The position numbers and the translations under genes were made by a program. Shown in pieces: positions 20,546 through 29,624 of a stretch of DNA of 64,000 nt. Position 1 is the stretch's first letter. Each line of letters begins with the position of its first letter. The DNA lies in assembly GCA_964626055.1 (NCBI GenBank), contig CAZVDF010000005.1, positions 6,057 through 70,056 on the forward strand. Direction: 5' to 3'. Under the pieces are notes generated by a model that was not told the DNA's origin, did no database searches, and worked only from the letters and a program-made list of their open reading frames with translations. The DNA comes from an uncultured Leptospirales bacterium (lineage in GTDB: Bacteria > Spirochaetota > UBA4802 > JAFGDQ01).

Positions 20546-21940
20546 ATGAAAAAGAACAGTTCGAAAATATTAAATAAAAGGCTTCAAATACCTCTTCTTG
20601 TCAGTAAGGAGATTAAAGAAATAGTTAATAAATTAACTGACAAAGGATATGAATGCTATCTTGTGGGCGGGTCGGTACGGGATCTTGTTCTCGGGCATGA
20701 AGTTCTCGATTATGATTTCGCAACCAATGCCCTCCCTGAAGATGTAATTAGGATTTTCCGCAGAACTGTGCCCACGGGTATCAAACACGGCACTGTAACT
20801 GTTCTGATGAAAAACAGGCAGTATGAAGTCACGACATACAGGGCGGACGGCAAATACATCGACGGCCGGAGACCCGAGAGCGTTTCGTTCTCGGAAACAC
20901 TGGAACAGGATGTCAGGAGGCGCGACTTTACTATAAACGGCCTTGCCTATGATATTGCAAATGAAAATGTAATAGATTATGTCAACGGGCTTGATGATAT
21001 CGATAAAAGGATCATAAGAACTATAGGCGATCCGCTTGAAAGATTCGGCGAGGACGGGCTCAGGCCTTACAGGGCCTGCAGATTCGCAGCCAGGCTTTAT
21101 TTCAGCATAGATCCGGATACTTTGGCTGCTATGTCTAAAACTCTGGATACTGCAAAGGCGGTATCCGCTGAAAGAGTACGAGACGAACTTTTAAAAATTA
21201 TGGATACCGAAAAGCCTTCAATAGGCCTTGAGTATATGCGGGAGACCGGTTTAATGAACCTTGCTCTGCCCGAGCTTCTTGAGGGATATAACGTAAGACA
21301 AAACAAATATCATATTTACGATATTTATTATCACAGTTTGTATTCCTGTGACGCCATACCGGATGCCGACCGCATCATCAAATTCGCCGCATTGCTACAT
21401 GATATAGGCAAGGCTGCGACAAGGAAGGAAGATGAGAACGGCGAAGGCACCTTTTATAATCATGAAGTGGTCGGCGCAAAGATTGCCAGGCGCATAATGA
21501 GAAGGCTTAAATTCTCCAATGAAGAGATCATTAAAGTAACAAACCTGATTATAAATCATATGTTTCACTATGTAAATGACTGGACCGACGGTGCGGTGAG
21601 AAGATTTATGAGGAAGGTCGGGCTCGAGAATCTGAATGACCTCTTAGTTCTTCGTCTCGCAGACAGAAGAGGAAACGGACAACGGGACGGTCTCCCGGCG
21701 CCGATCATACAGCTGCAGAAAAGAATCGATAAAGTAATAGAAGAAGACAGCGCGCTTACAGTCAGGGACCTTGATATCGACGGCCATGTAATTATGAGCG
21801 AATTTAATGTTGAACCCGGGCCGGTGATAGGGAAAATTCTTAACGAACTTCTGGAAATGGTTCTTGACGATCCGGAAACAAATAAAAGGGATATTTTGCT
21901 TTCCAGAGCGAGGGAGATATATAAAGGATTGTATCAATAG
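20546..21940 (+). CDS. cca: CCA-adding tRNA nucleotidyltransferase with HD domain
   Basis: N-terminal polymerase-beta motif LVGGSVRDLVLG, a central HD motif (LLHDIGK) and a C-terminal extension. Confidence 0.8.
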   Translation: MKKNSSKILNKRLQIPLLVSKEIKEIVNKLTDKGYECYLVGGSVRDLVLGHEVLDYDFATNALPEDVIRIFRRTVPTGIKHGTVTVLMKNRQYEVTTYRADGKYIDGRRPESVSFSETLEQDVRRRDFTINGLAYDIANENVIDYVNGLDDIDKRIIRTIGDPLERFGEDGLRPYRACRFAARLYFSIDPDTLAAMSKTLDTAKAVSAERVRDELLKIMDTEKPSIGLEYMRETGLMNLALPELLEGYNVRQNKYHIYDIYYHSLYSCDAIPDADRIIKFAALLHDIGKAATRKEDENGEGTFYNHEVVGAKIARRIMRRLKFSNEEIIKVTNLIINHMFHYVNDWTDGAVRRFMRKVGLENLNDLLVLRLADRRGNGQRDGLPAPIIQLQKRIDKVIEEDSALTVRDLDIDGHVIMSEFNVEPGPVIGKILNELLEMVLDDPETNKRDILLSRAREIYKGLYQ

Positions 21941-21992
21941 CAATATGAAATAGTGTAATTTAAATTAATATTAATTCATTTTATTAAAAATT

Positions 21993-23942
21993 ATGAAAAC
22001 AAATACCGCAGAAAAATATCCCAACATTTTTCAGCCGGGCCGAATAGGTAAATTCGAAACAAAGAACAGAATAAAATACGCGGCTACGGAAACAAATTTT
22101 CCTTACGGCGACGGTTTTGTCAGCGACAAAGAAGTCGCATATATGGAAGCGCAGGCAAGGGGAGGCGCCGGAATTATAACCACTCAGGGAGCATATCCCG
22201 ACAGTAAAGGCGAAGGCAAAGGCTTTAAAGGCTCCATGGCTATTTACGACGACAGGTTCATACCCGGTCTTGCCCGCATAGCGGATGTTATACGCAGACA
22301 CAATGCCCTTTCGTGTCTGCAGATATTGCACTGCGGCAGGGAAGGCGGTGTTGAGCTCGATTATTGCCTTATGCCTTCCGTTGTCCCTCAGAAGCTGTCG
22401 TATTTCAAATCTCCGCGCGAAATTTCGAAAGACGGAATAAAACAGGCCGTAAATGACCATATCGAAGCTGCGAGGCGCGCTAAGGATGCCGGTTTCGACA
22501 TGGTGGAACTTTCCGGAATTGTTGGTTATCTTATCTCGACATTTATTTCCAGATACACGAATAAAAGAAGCGATGAATACGGAGGCGATCTGCGCGCCAG
22601 ATGCAGATTGATGATCGAGATCCTTCAGGGGATTAAAGATCGCGTAGGAGATATGCCAGTCGGCATAAGGCTTTGCGGCCACGAATTGCTGGACGACCGC
22701 GGAGGCAATTCGATGGATGAGAGCATAGAGAGTTTCGCAATAGCGGAAGAAGCAGGGGCCGACTTTTTAAGCGTTACGATCGGGTGGCATGAGTCGTCCC
22801 GGTCGGTCATTACAAGGGATGTGCCTATGGGACACTGGCTTCCCGTAGCCCAGGCTGTGAGGAAGAAAGTCAATGTTCCGGTAATGATGGCTTTCAGGCA
22901 GTTTCTTCCGGATATTCCGGAAAAAGCGATAGCCGGAAAACAGATTGATTTCTGGGAAATGTGCAGGCCGATGATAGCAGATCCTGAGCTCCCTCTTAAG
23001 GCAAGGGAAGGCCGGGAAGACGAGATTATACCGTGCGTTGCCTGCAATCTTTGTTTTTCCAGGTTATATTATCATCAGCCCATAATGTGCACGGTGAGGC
23101 CTAGCCTCGGGCGTGAAGGAGAAAAAGACTGGGGTTATTACGGATTCTCTCCAGCCGAAAAGAGAAAGAAAGTCGTAATTGTCGGCGGCGGGCCGTCCGG
23201 GCTTCAATGCGCAGTCGTTGCGGCAGGCCGGGGTCACAGAGTTACGGTATATGAAAAAGAAAACAGCCTCGGCGGCAGTTTATTGCTTGCATCGAAGGTC
23301 GATGATGGAGCCGTCGAACTGTTAAGGCCGGTGAAAACTCTGGAAGCTCTTTGCAGAAAGGCGGGCGTCGATATCCGAACCGGCACAGAATTTACTGTAG
23401 ATATGTTAAAACAAATGCATAAAAATAAAGAAGTCGATGCAGTCGTAATTGCTTCCGGCCCGTCAATTAAAAAAGTTACGGATGTTTTTACTCCTTACGA
23501 AATTATTGGCGAAGGGAAAAAACCCGGACGCAATGTAGTTATAATCGGAGGCAGCGGGGCAGGTCTTGGCGCGGTCGTGTTTCTATTAAGAAATAATGAA
23601 TATCAGATAACGATAATAGAAGAGGGATTGAAGATCGGCCGTGATGTGAACCCGTTTTATTTATGGCAGTATTTGGCGCAGATGAAAAAAAGAAAAGTGA
23701 TTTTCCATACTCGGTCAAAGATAATTGAAATTAAAGATAAAAGAGTTTATTTTACCGGCCCTAAAGGCGATGTTGTTTTGAATCCCGACAGCATAATTAT
23801 GTCAGAGCTCCAGCCAGACACTATCTGGCATAAAGCGGTCAGGAGCATAAATATGGATATATACTTCATAGGAGATGCGAAAAAACCGAGACGACTTCAG
23901 AATGCAATACACGACGGATATCGTGTAGGGATGGCGCTATGA
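21993..23942 (+). CDS. NADH:flavin oxidoreductase (Old Yellow Enzyme TIM barrel) fused to an FAD/NAD(P)-binding domain; 2,4-dienoyl-CoA reductase-like
   Basis: OYE-family N-terminal region (LQILHCGREGG), a Cys cluster (CVACNLC) and a C-terminal GGGPSGLQCA Rossmann motif. Confidence 0.8.
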   Translation: MKTNTAEKYPNIFQPGRIGKFETKNRIKYAATETNFPYGDGFVSDKEVAYMEAQARGGAGIITTQGAYPDSKGEGKGFKGSMAIYDDRFIPGLARIADVIRRHNALSCLQILHCGREGGVELDYCLMPSVVPQKLSYFKSPREISKDGIKQAVNDHIEAARRAKDAGFDMVELSGIVGYLISTFISRYTNKRSDEYGGDLRARCRLMIEILQGIKDRVGDMPVGIRLCGHELLDDRGGNSMDESIESFAIAEEAGADFLSVTIGWHESSRSVITRDVPMGHWLPVAQAVRKKVNVPVMMAFRQFLPDIPEKAIAGKQIDFWEMCRPMIADPELPLKAREGREDEIIPCVACNLCFSRLYYHQPIMCTVRPSLGREGEKDWGYYGFSPAEKRKKVVIVGGGPSGLQCAVVAAGRGHRVTVYEKENSLGGSLLLASKVDDGAVELLRPVKTLEALCRKAGVDIRTGTEFTVDMLKQMHKNKEVDAVVIASGPSIKKVTDVFTPYEIIGEGKKPGRNVVIIGGSGAGLGAVVFLLRNNEYQITIIEEGLKIGRDVNPFYLWQYLAQMKKRKVIFHTRSKIIEIKDKRVYFTGPKGDVVLNPDSIIMSELQPDTIWHKAVRSINMDIYFIGDAKKPRRLQNAIHDGYRVGMAL

Positions 23943-24130
23943 TACCGGTGATTAAAGAAAATGCGTGCACAGGCTGCGGCAGCTGCGTTGAGGTCTGCCC
24001 TCCGCAGGCTATATTTCTCAAGGACGATGTCGCTTTTATTGAAAGCGATCTTTGCGAGGAGTGCGGCTTTTGTGCTGCGGAATGTCCTGTCGACGCCATC
24101 CTGATACCGTTTCCGATGTCCGGGAAATGA
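23939..24130 (+). CDS. 4Fe-4S dicluster ferredoxin
   Basis: 63 aa with two motifs, CTGCGSCVEVCP and CEECGFCAAECP. Its start overlaps the stop of the upstream reductase. Confidence 0.7.
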   Translation: MIPVIKENACTGCGSCVEVCPPQAIFLKDDVAFIESDLCEECGFCAAECPVDAILIPFPMSGK

Positions 24131-24140
24131 AAAATTTTTT

Positions 24141-24896
24141 CTATTTCTTTTTAAAGAATCCTTCAATTCTTTCCTTGAATTCTTTTTTACCCGAAAGTTC
24201 CGTTACAAACTGCCGTTCTTTATCCAGTTGAGATTCAAGCCCGGAATAGAGCGATATATTTACCAGCTCTTTAAATTGCCCGATAGTTTCCATCGGCAGG
24301 GCTTTTAGCTCGTCAATAAGTTTCTGAAGACTTGTTTCAAGTTCATTCTCCTCAACTACAAAATTAACGAGACCAAGTTCCAGCGCTTGATCCGCAGAAA
24401 TATTTTTTGATAACAAATACAGTTCGTTGAATCTTTTTGCGCCAACTATCCGCGATATTAAAATGCTTCCCCCGCCGTCGGGCGTAAGGCCTATTCTTCG
24501 ATAGCCGAGATTCATGATCGATTTCGATGCGGCAATTGAAAGATCACATGCAGCCGCGAGACCGGCGCCAGCGCCTATGGCAAGGCCTTCAATAACGGCA
24601 ATGACAATGGAGCCGCTATACCTGATGATTTTTATAATTTTATTAAAGAGTTCAGCTTCTTCATCCACAAGCGCTTCCTTGTCCTTTGCATCTTTGAAGT
24701 CGAACAGATCTCCGCCTGAACAAAATACTTTGCCGGAGCCTCTTAAAACAATAACAGAGGGCTTTTTTTCTTCGACATTCTTTAATGCTTCGTGAAGCGC
24801 CTTAAATAAAGCGAGGTTGAGAGCGTTTTTTTTATCCGGTCTGTTAAGAGTAATTGTGCAAACGTCGTCTCTAAACGATGTAAATACATTATCCAT
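24141..24896 (-). CDS. Enoyl-CoA hydratase/isomerase (crotonase fold)
   Basis: 251 aa. The oxyanion-hole segments VIVLRGSGKVFCSGGDL and IAVIEGLAIGAGAGLA are crotonase-type. Confidence 0.75.
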   Translation of the reverse strand: MDNVFTSFRDDVCTITLNRPDKKNALNLALFKALHEALKNVEEKKPSVIVLRGSGKVFCSGGDLFDFKDAKDKEALVDEEAELFNKIIKIIRYSGSIVIAVIEGLAIGAGAGLAAACDLSIAASKSIMNLGYRRIGLTPDGGGSILISRIVGAKRFNELYLLSKNISADQALELGLVNFVVEENELETSLQKLIDELKALPMETIGQFKELVNISLYSGLESQLDKERQFVTELSGKKEFKERIEGFFKKK

Positions 24897-24920
24897 ATAG
24901 TATCTCCTTTGAGTGTTCTT

Positions 24921-25460
24921 TCAGCCGCGTTTTGGCTTCAGTTTTTCTTCAAGCTTTTGTTTCAGCTTTTTTACCGCAATGCTGAAATTTTTTGGAAATA
25001 TCTCAGAAATTCTGATGTCGTCAGGCAACGATTCATAATAATTTATTGCTGTCATCTGGACTTTGGGATCGGTGCTGTTTACTGCTGATTTGATGGGCCC
25101 TCCGATGAACGCGTTAGGCAGCAGTTTAATTGCTTCGGCTGCCTCCACAGGTTCTCTCGGTGTTTCATAATTGTAAGACTCCGTTCTGTCGTGAATGCCT
25201 TTATAATTGGATTCGATAATATGCATAATCGCTTTCGCGGAAGCTATATGGAGTTTTTTGAGGACATCATTCGTTTCCTTATATATTTTCAGCTTTTTGC
25301 TTTCGCTGTCCCTAGGTATTTGAGGTAATTCCTGCAGCATCTTAAGCGCATTAAGTTTTGTATTTATATCTTCCTTCTGTAAAAATCCGATAATTTTCTC
25401 AGCTGCAGATATTATTTCCCTAAAAAATTCGATATTGTGTTGAGTTGCTTTACCCGGCAT
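24921..25460 (-). CDS. Hypothetical protein
   Basis: 179-aa ORF with no recognisable motif. Its coding-strand arrangement matches the neighbouring genes. Confidence 0.35.
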   Translation of the reverse strand: MPGKATQHNIEFFREIISAAEKIIGFLQKEDINTKLNALKMLQELPQIPRDSESKKLKIYKETNDVLKKLHIASAKAIMHIIESNYKGIHDRTESYNYETPREPVEAAEAIKLLPNAFIGGPIKSAVNSTDPKVQMTAINYYESLPDDIRISEIFPKNFSIAVKKLKQKLEEKLKPKRG

Positions 25461-25475
25461 TTTTTCCTCCTTAAA

Positions 25476-25964
25476 TTAAAACTTTTTGCTTAAATAAAGA
25501 AAATAGCCTCCTTCATTTGATGATCGTTCCTTTCTTTTATTGTTCTCTTCCATTGTCATCCATGCTTCGCGTGCCGCAATCGCAGAACTGATGCCGAAAG
25601 TGCTTATCAGGAGAGCAGGTTTGTAATCCTTCCAGACATTTTGATCCGGATCCTGTTTTTTGATAACACTATAAGTATGCAGCGTGGCGAATGTTAAAAT
25701 GAAAACAAACGGCGCTGAAATAAAAAAAGTGATCTCGAATCTGCGAAGGGGGCTTTCCAATTCCGTTTTACCGGCGGGCTTGTCTTCAAAAATATCCGGT
25801 TCTTTTTTGCCGGCCTTTTTTCTATTGGCAGCAAGATAGTCCGATCCGGCATACCGGAGATTTTCATCTGAAGTATATGTAAAATACCGGCCTTGTCCGT
25901 ACCCGGGATTCCTTAATTGCAAAATAATAAAGATAATACTTAAAGTTAAATTAATTACTTTCAA
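25476..25964 (-). CDS. Hypothetical membrane protein
   Basis: 162 aa with an N-terminal signal/TM and one internal TM. Confidence 0.35.
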   Translation of the reverse strand: MKVINLTLSIIFIILQLRNPGYGQGRYFTYTSDENLRYAGSDYLAANRKKAGKKEPDIFEDKPAGKTELESPLRRFEITFFISAPFVFILTFATLHTYSVIKKQDPDQNVWKDYKPALLISTFGISSAIAAREAWMTMEENNKRKERSSNEGGYFLYLSKKF

Positions 25965-25992
25965 GAATATTGTATTCCCCCGACTATATGTA

Positions 25993-26871
25993 TTAAAAAT
26001 ACTCCGGGAATAATATTTTAAGTTTTTTTCGCTGTCTTGGATCCATCTTTTCCGGAGCTGTAAGAATTGAATTTTTTACAGCTTCTTTACATTCGCATGT
26101 TCTTTCTTTTCCCAGGTGAGGCAGCATCGCCTTTAAAAGTTTTTTTGCATTGTCTGCATTTTTATTAAGGTTGCTTATCAGCATCTCCACGCTTACGTGC
26201 TCTTCGTCTTCTTTCCAGCAGTCGTAATCCGTACTCATGCAGATAATTGTGTAGCAGATTTCAGCTTCGCGCGCAAGTTTCGCTTCGGGCAGCGTGCTCA
26301 TATTTATTATGCCCGCGCCCCATGACCTGTACATATTGCTTTCCGCTCTTGTGGAAAACGCCGGTCCTTCCATGCATACGACGGTTTCATTTGCATGAAG
26401 TTTAAGGCCCTTTGCTTTGGCTACAGGTCTGATTATTTCCTGAAGCCTGGAACAGAACGGATGAGCGAAAGCTATATGTGCCGCGATACCGTTCCCAAAG
26501 AAAGTACTCGGCCTTGATTTTGTCCTGTCGATTACCTGGGAAGGGAGTACGAAATCCAGCGGCCTGATTTTTTCTTTAAGGCTGCCGACAGCGGAGAAAG
26601 CCAGAATTTCTTCAACGCCCAGCATCTTTAAAGCCGCAATATTTGCCCTTGAATTTACTTCATGAGGAAGAATGGAATGCCCTCTGCCGTGCCTTGGAAG
26701 GAATGCAGTTAAATTCCCTTCTACCCTGGCAATAACGATCGAATCCGAAGGTTTTCCCCACGGAGTTTTCAAATTTAATTCTTTTATAATTTCAACTCCT
26801 TCTATTTCGTAAATACCCGAACCGCCTATGACTGCAGAGTTTATTTTTTCCATTGAGTTGTTTTTCTCCAC
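25993..26871 (-). CDS. mtnP: S-methyl-5'-thioadenosine phosphorylase (PNP family)
   Basis: N-terminal AVIGGSGIYEIEG and the PNP/MTAP fold pattern. The length is about 290 aa. Confidence 0.8.
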   Translation of the reverse strand: MEKNNSMEKINSAVIGGSGIYEIEGVEIIKELNLKTPWGKPSDSIVIARVEGNLTAFLPRHGRGHSILPHEVNSRANIAALKMLGVEEILAFSAVGSLKEKIRPLDFVLPSQVIDRTKSRPSTFFGNGIAAHIAFAHPFCSRLQEIIRPVAKAKGLKLHANETVVCMEGPAFSTRAESNMYRSWGAGIINMSTLPEAKLAREAEICYTIICMSTDYDCWKEDEEHVSVEMLISNLNKNADNAKKLLKAMLPHLGKERTCECKEAVKNSILTAPEKMDPRQRKKLKILFPEYF

Positions 26872-27085
26872 TTAGATTATTTCAAAATTTAATATTATAC
26901 GTTTACATTCATGTCAAGATAAAATAAATTTTAGGTGTTAATGCAGGAAAATGCTCTATATACTTATTTTTTAAAAATTTGAAGTTTTAATAAATAGATC
27001 GATGTAGCGTTCATTACACTTCATGTAGCATTCATCACATCTCACATAACGTTTGTGACAATCCGGTTTACATAAAAAATCCATA

Positions 27086-27931
27086 ATGATATCTTCAATT
27101 TTATTCTATAAAGTTATACGGGACAGTCACGTGAGATTAGAAGTTGAGATTGGCTTTAAAAGTAAACCGCCTTTTTTAATTCCTGCTACTTATAGAAGGA
27201 ATATAGTAAGCCTCATAAGAGAATCCGTAAGATCGACGGATACAACCATGGATATTTACACCAAATATTGGGGCGAGGGCAATGCCCAAAGCATAAAACC
27301 GTACACATTTTTTTTGTCTATCCCGGGTGTAAATTATATAAATCTTAAACGAAAAAGATATATAGAAGCCCATGAAGATTCGGTAAAGCTGCATATTTCA
27401 TCGAGCGATTCTATTCTTCTTTCAATCTTTCATAAATGGCTTAACAATAATAAGCTGTTTAATTTATTTAATATTAATGTTGAAGTAGCGGGAATAAGTT
27501 TAAAAAACATTAAAACAATAAACTCGAGCTCCGTCACTTTTAAGATTTTATCCCCTGTGATTGTAAGGGATACGGAAATCGAAGGAAGAAAGAGGAAGGG
27601 AACCGGATACTTATCCTGCAATGACCACGATTTTGAAGATTCCCTGTCGCATTCGATTCTGAATCTTTGCAGGCGTTTTTTATATAATAAAAGGATAAGC
27701 AGAAACGATATCGAGATCGATGCTTCTCTCTGCGCGCACTCGGTAATTTACCATTACATGGAGACAATCCCGGTTACCATAGGCCTGATAAAAATTAAAG
27801 CGGATGAAGATGTACTTGAGCTGGTATATAATACCGGTCTTGGAGCCAGGCGCAGCCAGGGATTCGGCATGGTCGAACTGGTGTCTGAATCCGGATTTGC
27901 GCCGGTGCCGGCAATGAAGGAACTCGCCTAG
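27086..27931 (+). CDS. cas6: Cas6-family endoribonuclease homolog (solitary)
   Basis: The N-terminal ferredoxin-like domain has the Cas6 KPF/YTFS-type motif (IKPYTFFLSIP). The C-terminus has the diagnostic glycine-rich loop G-h-G-x5-G-h-G followed by hydrophobic residues (GLGARRSQGFGMVELV). Confidence 0.7.
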   Translation: MISSILFYKVIRDSHVRLEVEIGFKSKPPFLIPATYRRNIVSLIRESVRSTDTTMDIYTKYWGEGNAQSIKPYTFFLSIPGVNYINLKRKRYIEAHEDSVKLHISSSDSILLSIFHKWLNNNKLFNLFNINVEVAGISLKNIKTINSSSVTFKILSPVIVRDTEIEGRKRKGTGYLSCNDHDFEDSLSHSILNLCRRFLYNKRISRNDIEIDASLCAHSVIYHYMETIPVTIGLIKIKADEDVLELVYNTGLGARRSQGFGMVELVSESGFAPVPAMKELA

Positions 27932-28097
27932 AAAAATTAATTTTGTTCTTTGATTTTAATACCATCCTGAAAACCTGATTTGGAGTTCGTCCCAAAATCT
28001 ATTCCCGAAACCTGATTAAATATTATTTGACAAAATTAATTTTTATTATTAGGGTTTTGGGCGTCATTTTAAAGAAATTTTTTAACAGGGGGGCTAT

Positions 28098-29414
28098 ATG
28101 TTTGAAAAACTTTTCAGGCTTAAGGAGAGAAATACAAGCGTAAAAATTGAAGTGCTGGCCGGTATTACGACTTTTATGACAATGGCATATATTATTGCGG
28201 CTAATCCGATGATCCTATCTGCTGCAGGGATGGACAAGGGCGCAGTAGTGCTGGCTACATGCATCGTGAGCGGCATCATTACTATTGTAATGGGATTGTT
28301 CTCGAACTACCCCATAGCGCTGGCGCCCGGAATGGGTATAAATGCGTTCTTTGCCTTCGCGATCTGCAAGGGAATGGGGATAGACTGGCGTGTTGGTCTT
28401 GGTTTCTTTTTTATTGAAGGTATAATAATTCTTATAGTCACAATGACCAAGCTTCGGGAAACGGTAATCAATTCAATTCCGATGTCTTTAAAATGCGCAG
28501 TAAGCGTCGGTATCGGACTTTTCCTGGCTTTTATCGGATTCGAGAATGCCGGTTTTATCGCGAAATCCGATGCCACATTTATTACAATAGCCCAGATCGG
28601 GAATCCTGATATTTATCCGAAAATAATTCTTGTTGCAATAGTTCTGATATTTACTACGATCCTGCTGTTCAAGAAAATTAAGGGCGCAATTCTTATCGGA
28701 ATAATTGTCGGCACCCTGCTGAGCTTTATACCGTTTTTTAATGCGAAAGGAGAGGCATTGCAGATACTTTCTCCGACTCTTGCTCCGACGTTTTTTCAAC
28801 TCGATATACTCGGCGCTCTGCAATGGTCTTTTGCGGCGTTGATCGTTACCCTGCTGTTCGTGGATTTTTTTGATACTGCCGGTACCGTCATAGGTCTGGC
28901 TGTTAAAGCGAAAGTCGTTGATAGCAAGGGCAGGATCCCGGGGATAGGGAGAGTACTCATCTCGGATTCTTTCGGACCGATCCTTGGCGCGCTGTTCGGA
29001 ACATCGACTGTTACTTCATACATTGAAAGTGCTGCCGGCATAGAAGAGGGAGGAAAGACCGGTTTGACTGCAGTTGTTACAGGTGTCCTGTTCTTAATCG
29101 CTATCGTGGCTGCGCCGCTTATCGGCTTTGTCCCGTCTGCGGCAGTAGCCCCTGCGTTGATAATAGTCGGTATAATGATGATGGAATCGGTGACCAGAAT
29201 AAATTTCTCCGATTACTCTGAAGCGGTGCCGGCGTTTATTACCATAGCAGTCATGCCGTTTACTTACAGCATATCAAACGGTATCTTTATGGGATTTTTA
29301 TCCTATGTTCTGATCAAATTGCTTTCAGGTAAGGCAAAAGAAATTTCAATAATAATGTATATACTTGCAGTTTTCTTTTTGTTGTTCTTTATATTTAGCC
29401 CTGTATATAAATGA
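28098..29414 (+). CDS. NCS2-family purine permease (AzgA/PbuG-like)
   Basis: 438 aa with about 12 TM helices. The N-terminal FRLKERNTSVKIEVLAGITTFMTMAYII is typical of adenine/guanine/hypoxanthine permeases. Confidence 0.8.
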   Translation: MFEKLFRLKERNTSVKIEVLAGITTFMTMAYIIAANPMILSAAGMDKGAVVLATCIVSGIITIVMGLFSNYPIALAPGMGINAFFAFAICKGMGIDWRVGLGFFFIEGIIILIVTMTKLRETVINSIPMSLKCAVSVGIGLFLAFIGFENAGFIAKSDATFITIAQIGNPDIYPKIILVAIVLIFTTILLFKKIKGAILIGIIVGTLLSFIPFFNAKGEALQILSPTLAPTFFQLDILGALQWSFAALIVTLLFVDFFDTAGTVIGLAVKAKVVDSKGRIPGIGRVLISDSFGPILGALFGTSTVTSYIESAAGIEEGGKTGLTAVVTGVLFLIAIVAAPLIGFVPSAAVAPALIIVGIMMMESVTRINFSDYSEAVPAFITIAVMPFTYSISNGIFMGFLSYVLIKLLSGKAKEISIIMYILAVFFLLFFIFSPVYK

Positions 29415-29448
29415 AAAGATATATTTTAATAAAGCTGTTCTTTCAAAT

Positions 29449-29480
29449 AAAACCGCGCATTAATGCGCGGTTTTTTTAAT
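29449..29480 (+). terminator. Rho-independent terminator after the permease gene
   Basis: aaaccgcgcat-taat-gcgcggttt stem plus a ttttttt tract. Confidence 0.6.
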
Positions 29481-29624
29481 TTTTGACTTGATTTCTCCGG
29501 TTATTGTGACCGATGATATTCGGATGTCCATTTTTCGTATACCGGTATTTGATCACGGTTTTTATATCGACGGCAATATTTGAAATTCAATACTTAATAT
29601 TATTAACCTGCGGGGATAAATGAA

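Noticed and set aside
26990-27085. Possible CRISPR repeats upstream of cas6 (tandem gtagcgttcattacacttcat / gtagcattcatcacatctcacat)
   Set aside because: There are only two adjacent degenerate copies with no spacers, and no regular repeat-spacer periodicity. This is not a CRISPR array; at most it is a regulatory or processing motif.
27975-28035. Two ~15-bp similar motifs (cctgaaaacctgattt / cccgaaacctgatta) downstream of cas6, as a possible array remnant
   Set aside because: There are two imperfect copies only. That is insufficient evidence for an array, so I mention it only as a possible Cas6 substrate in the Cas6 finding.
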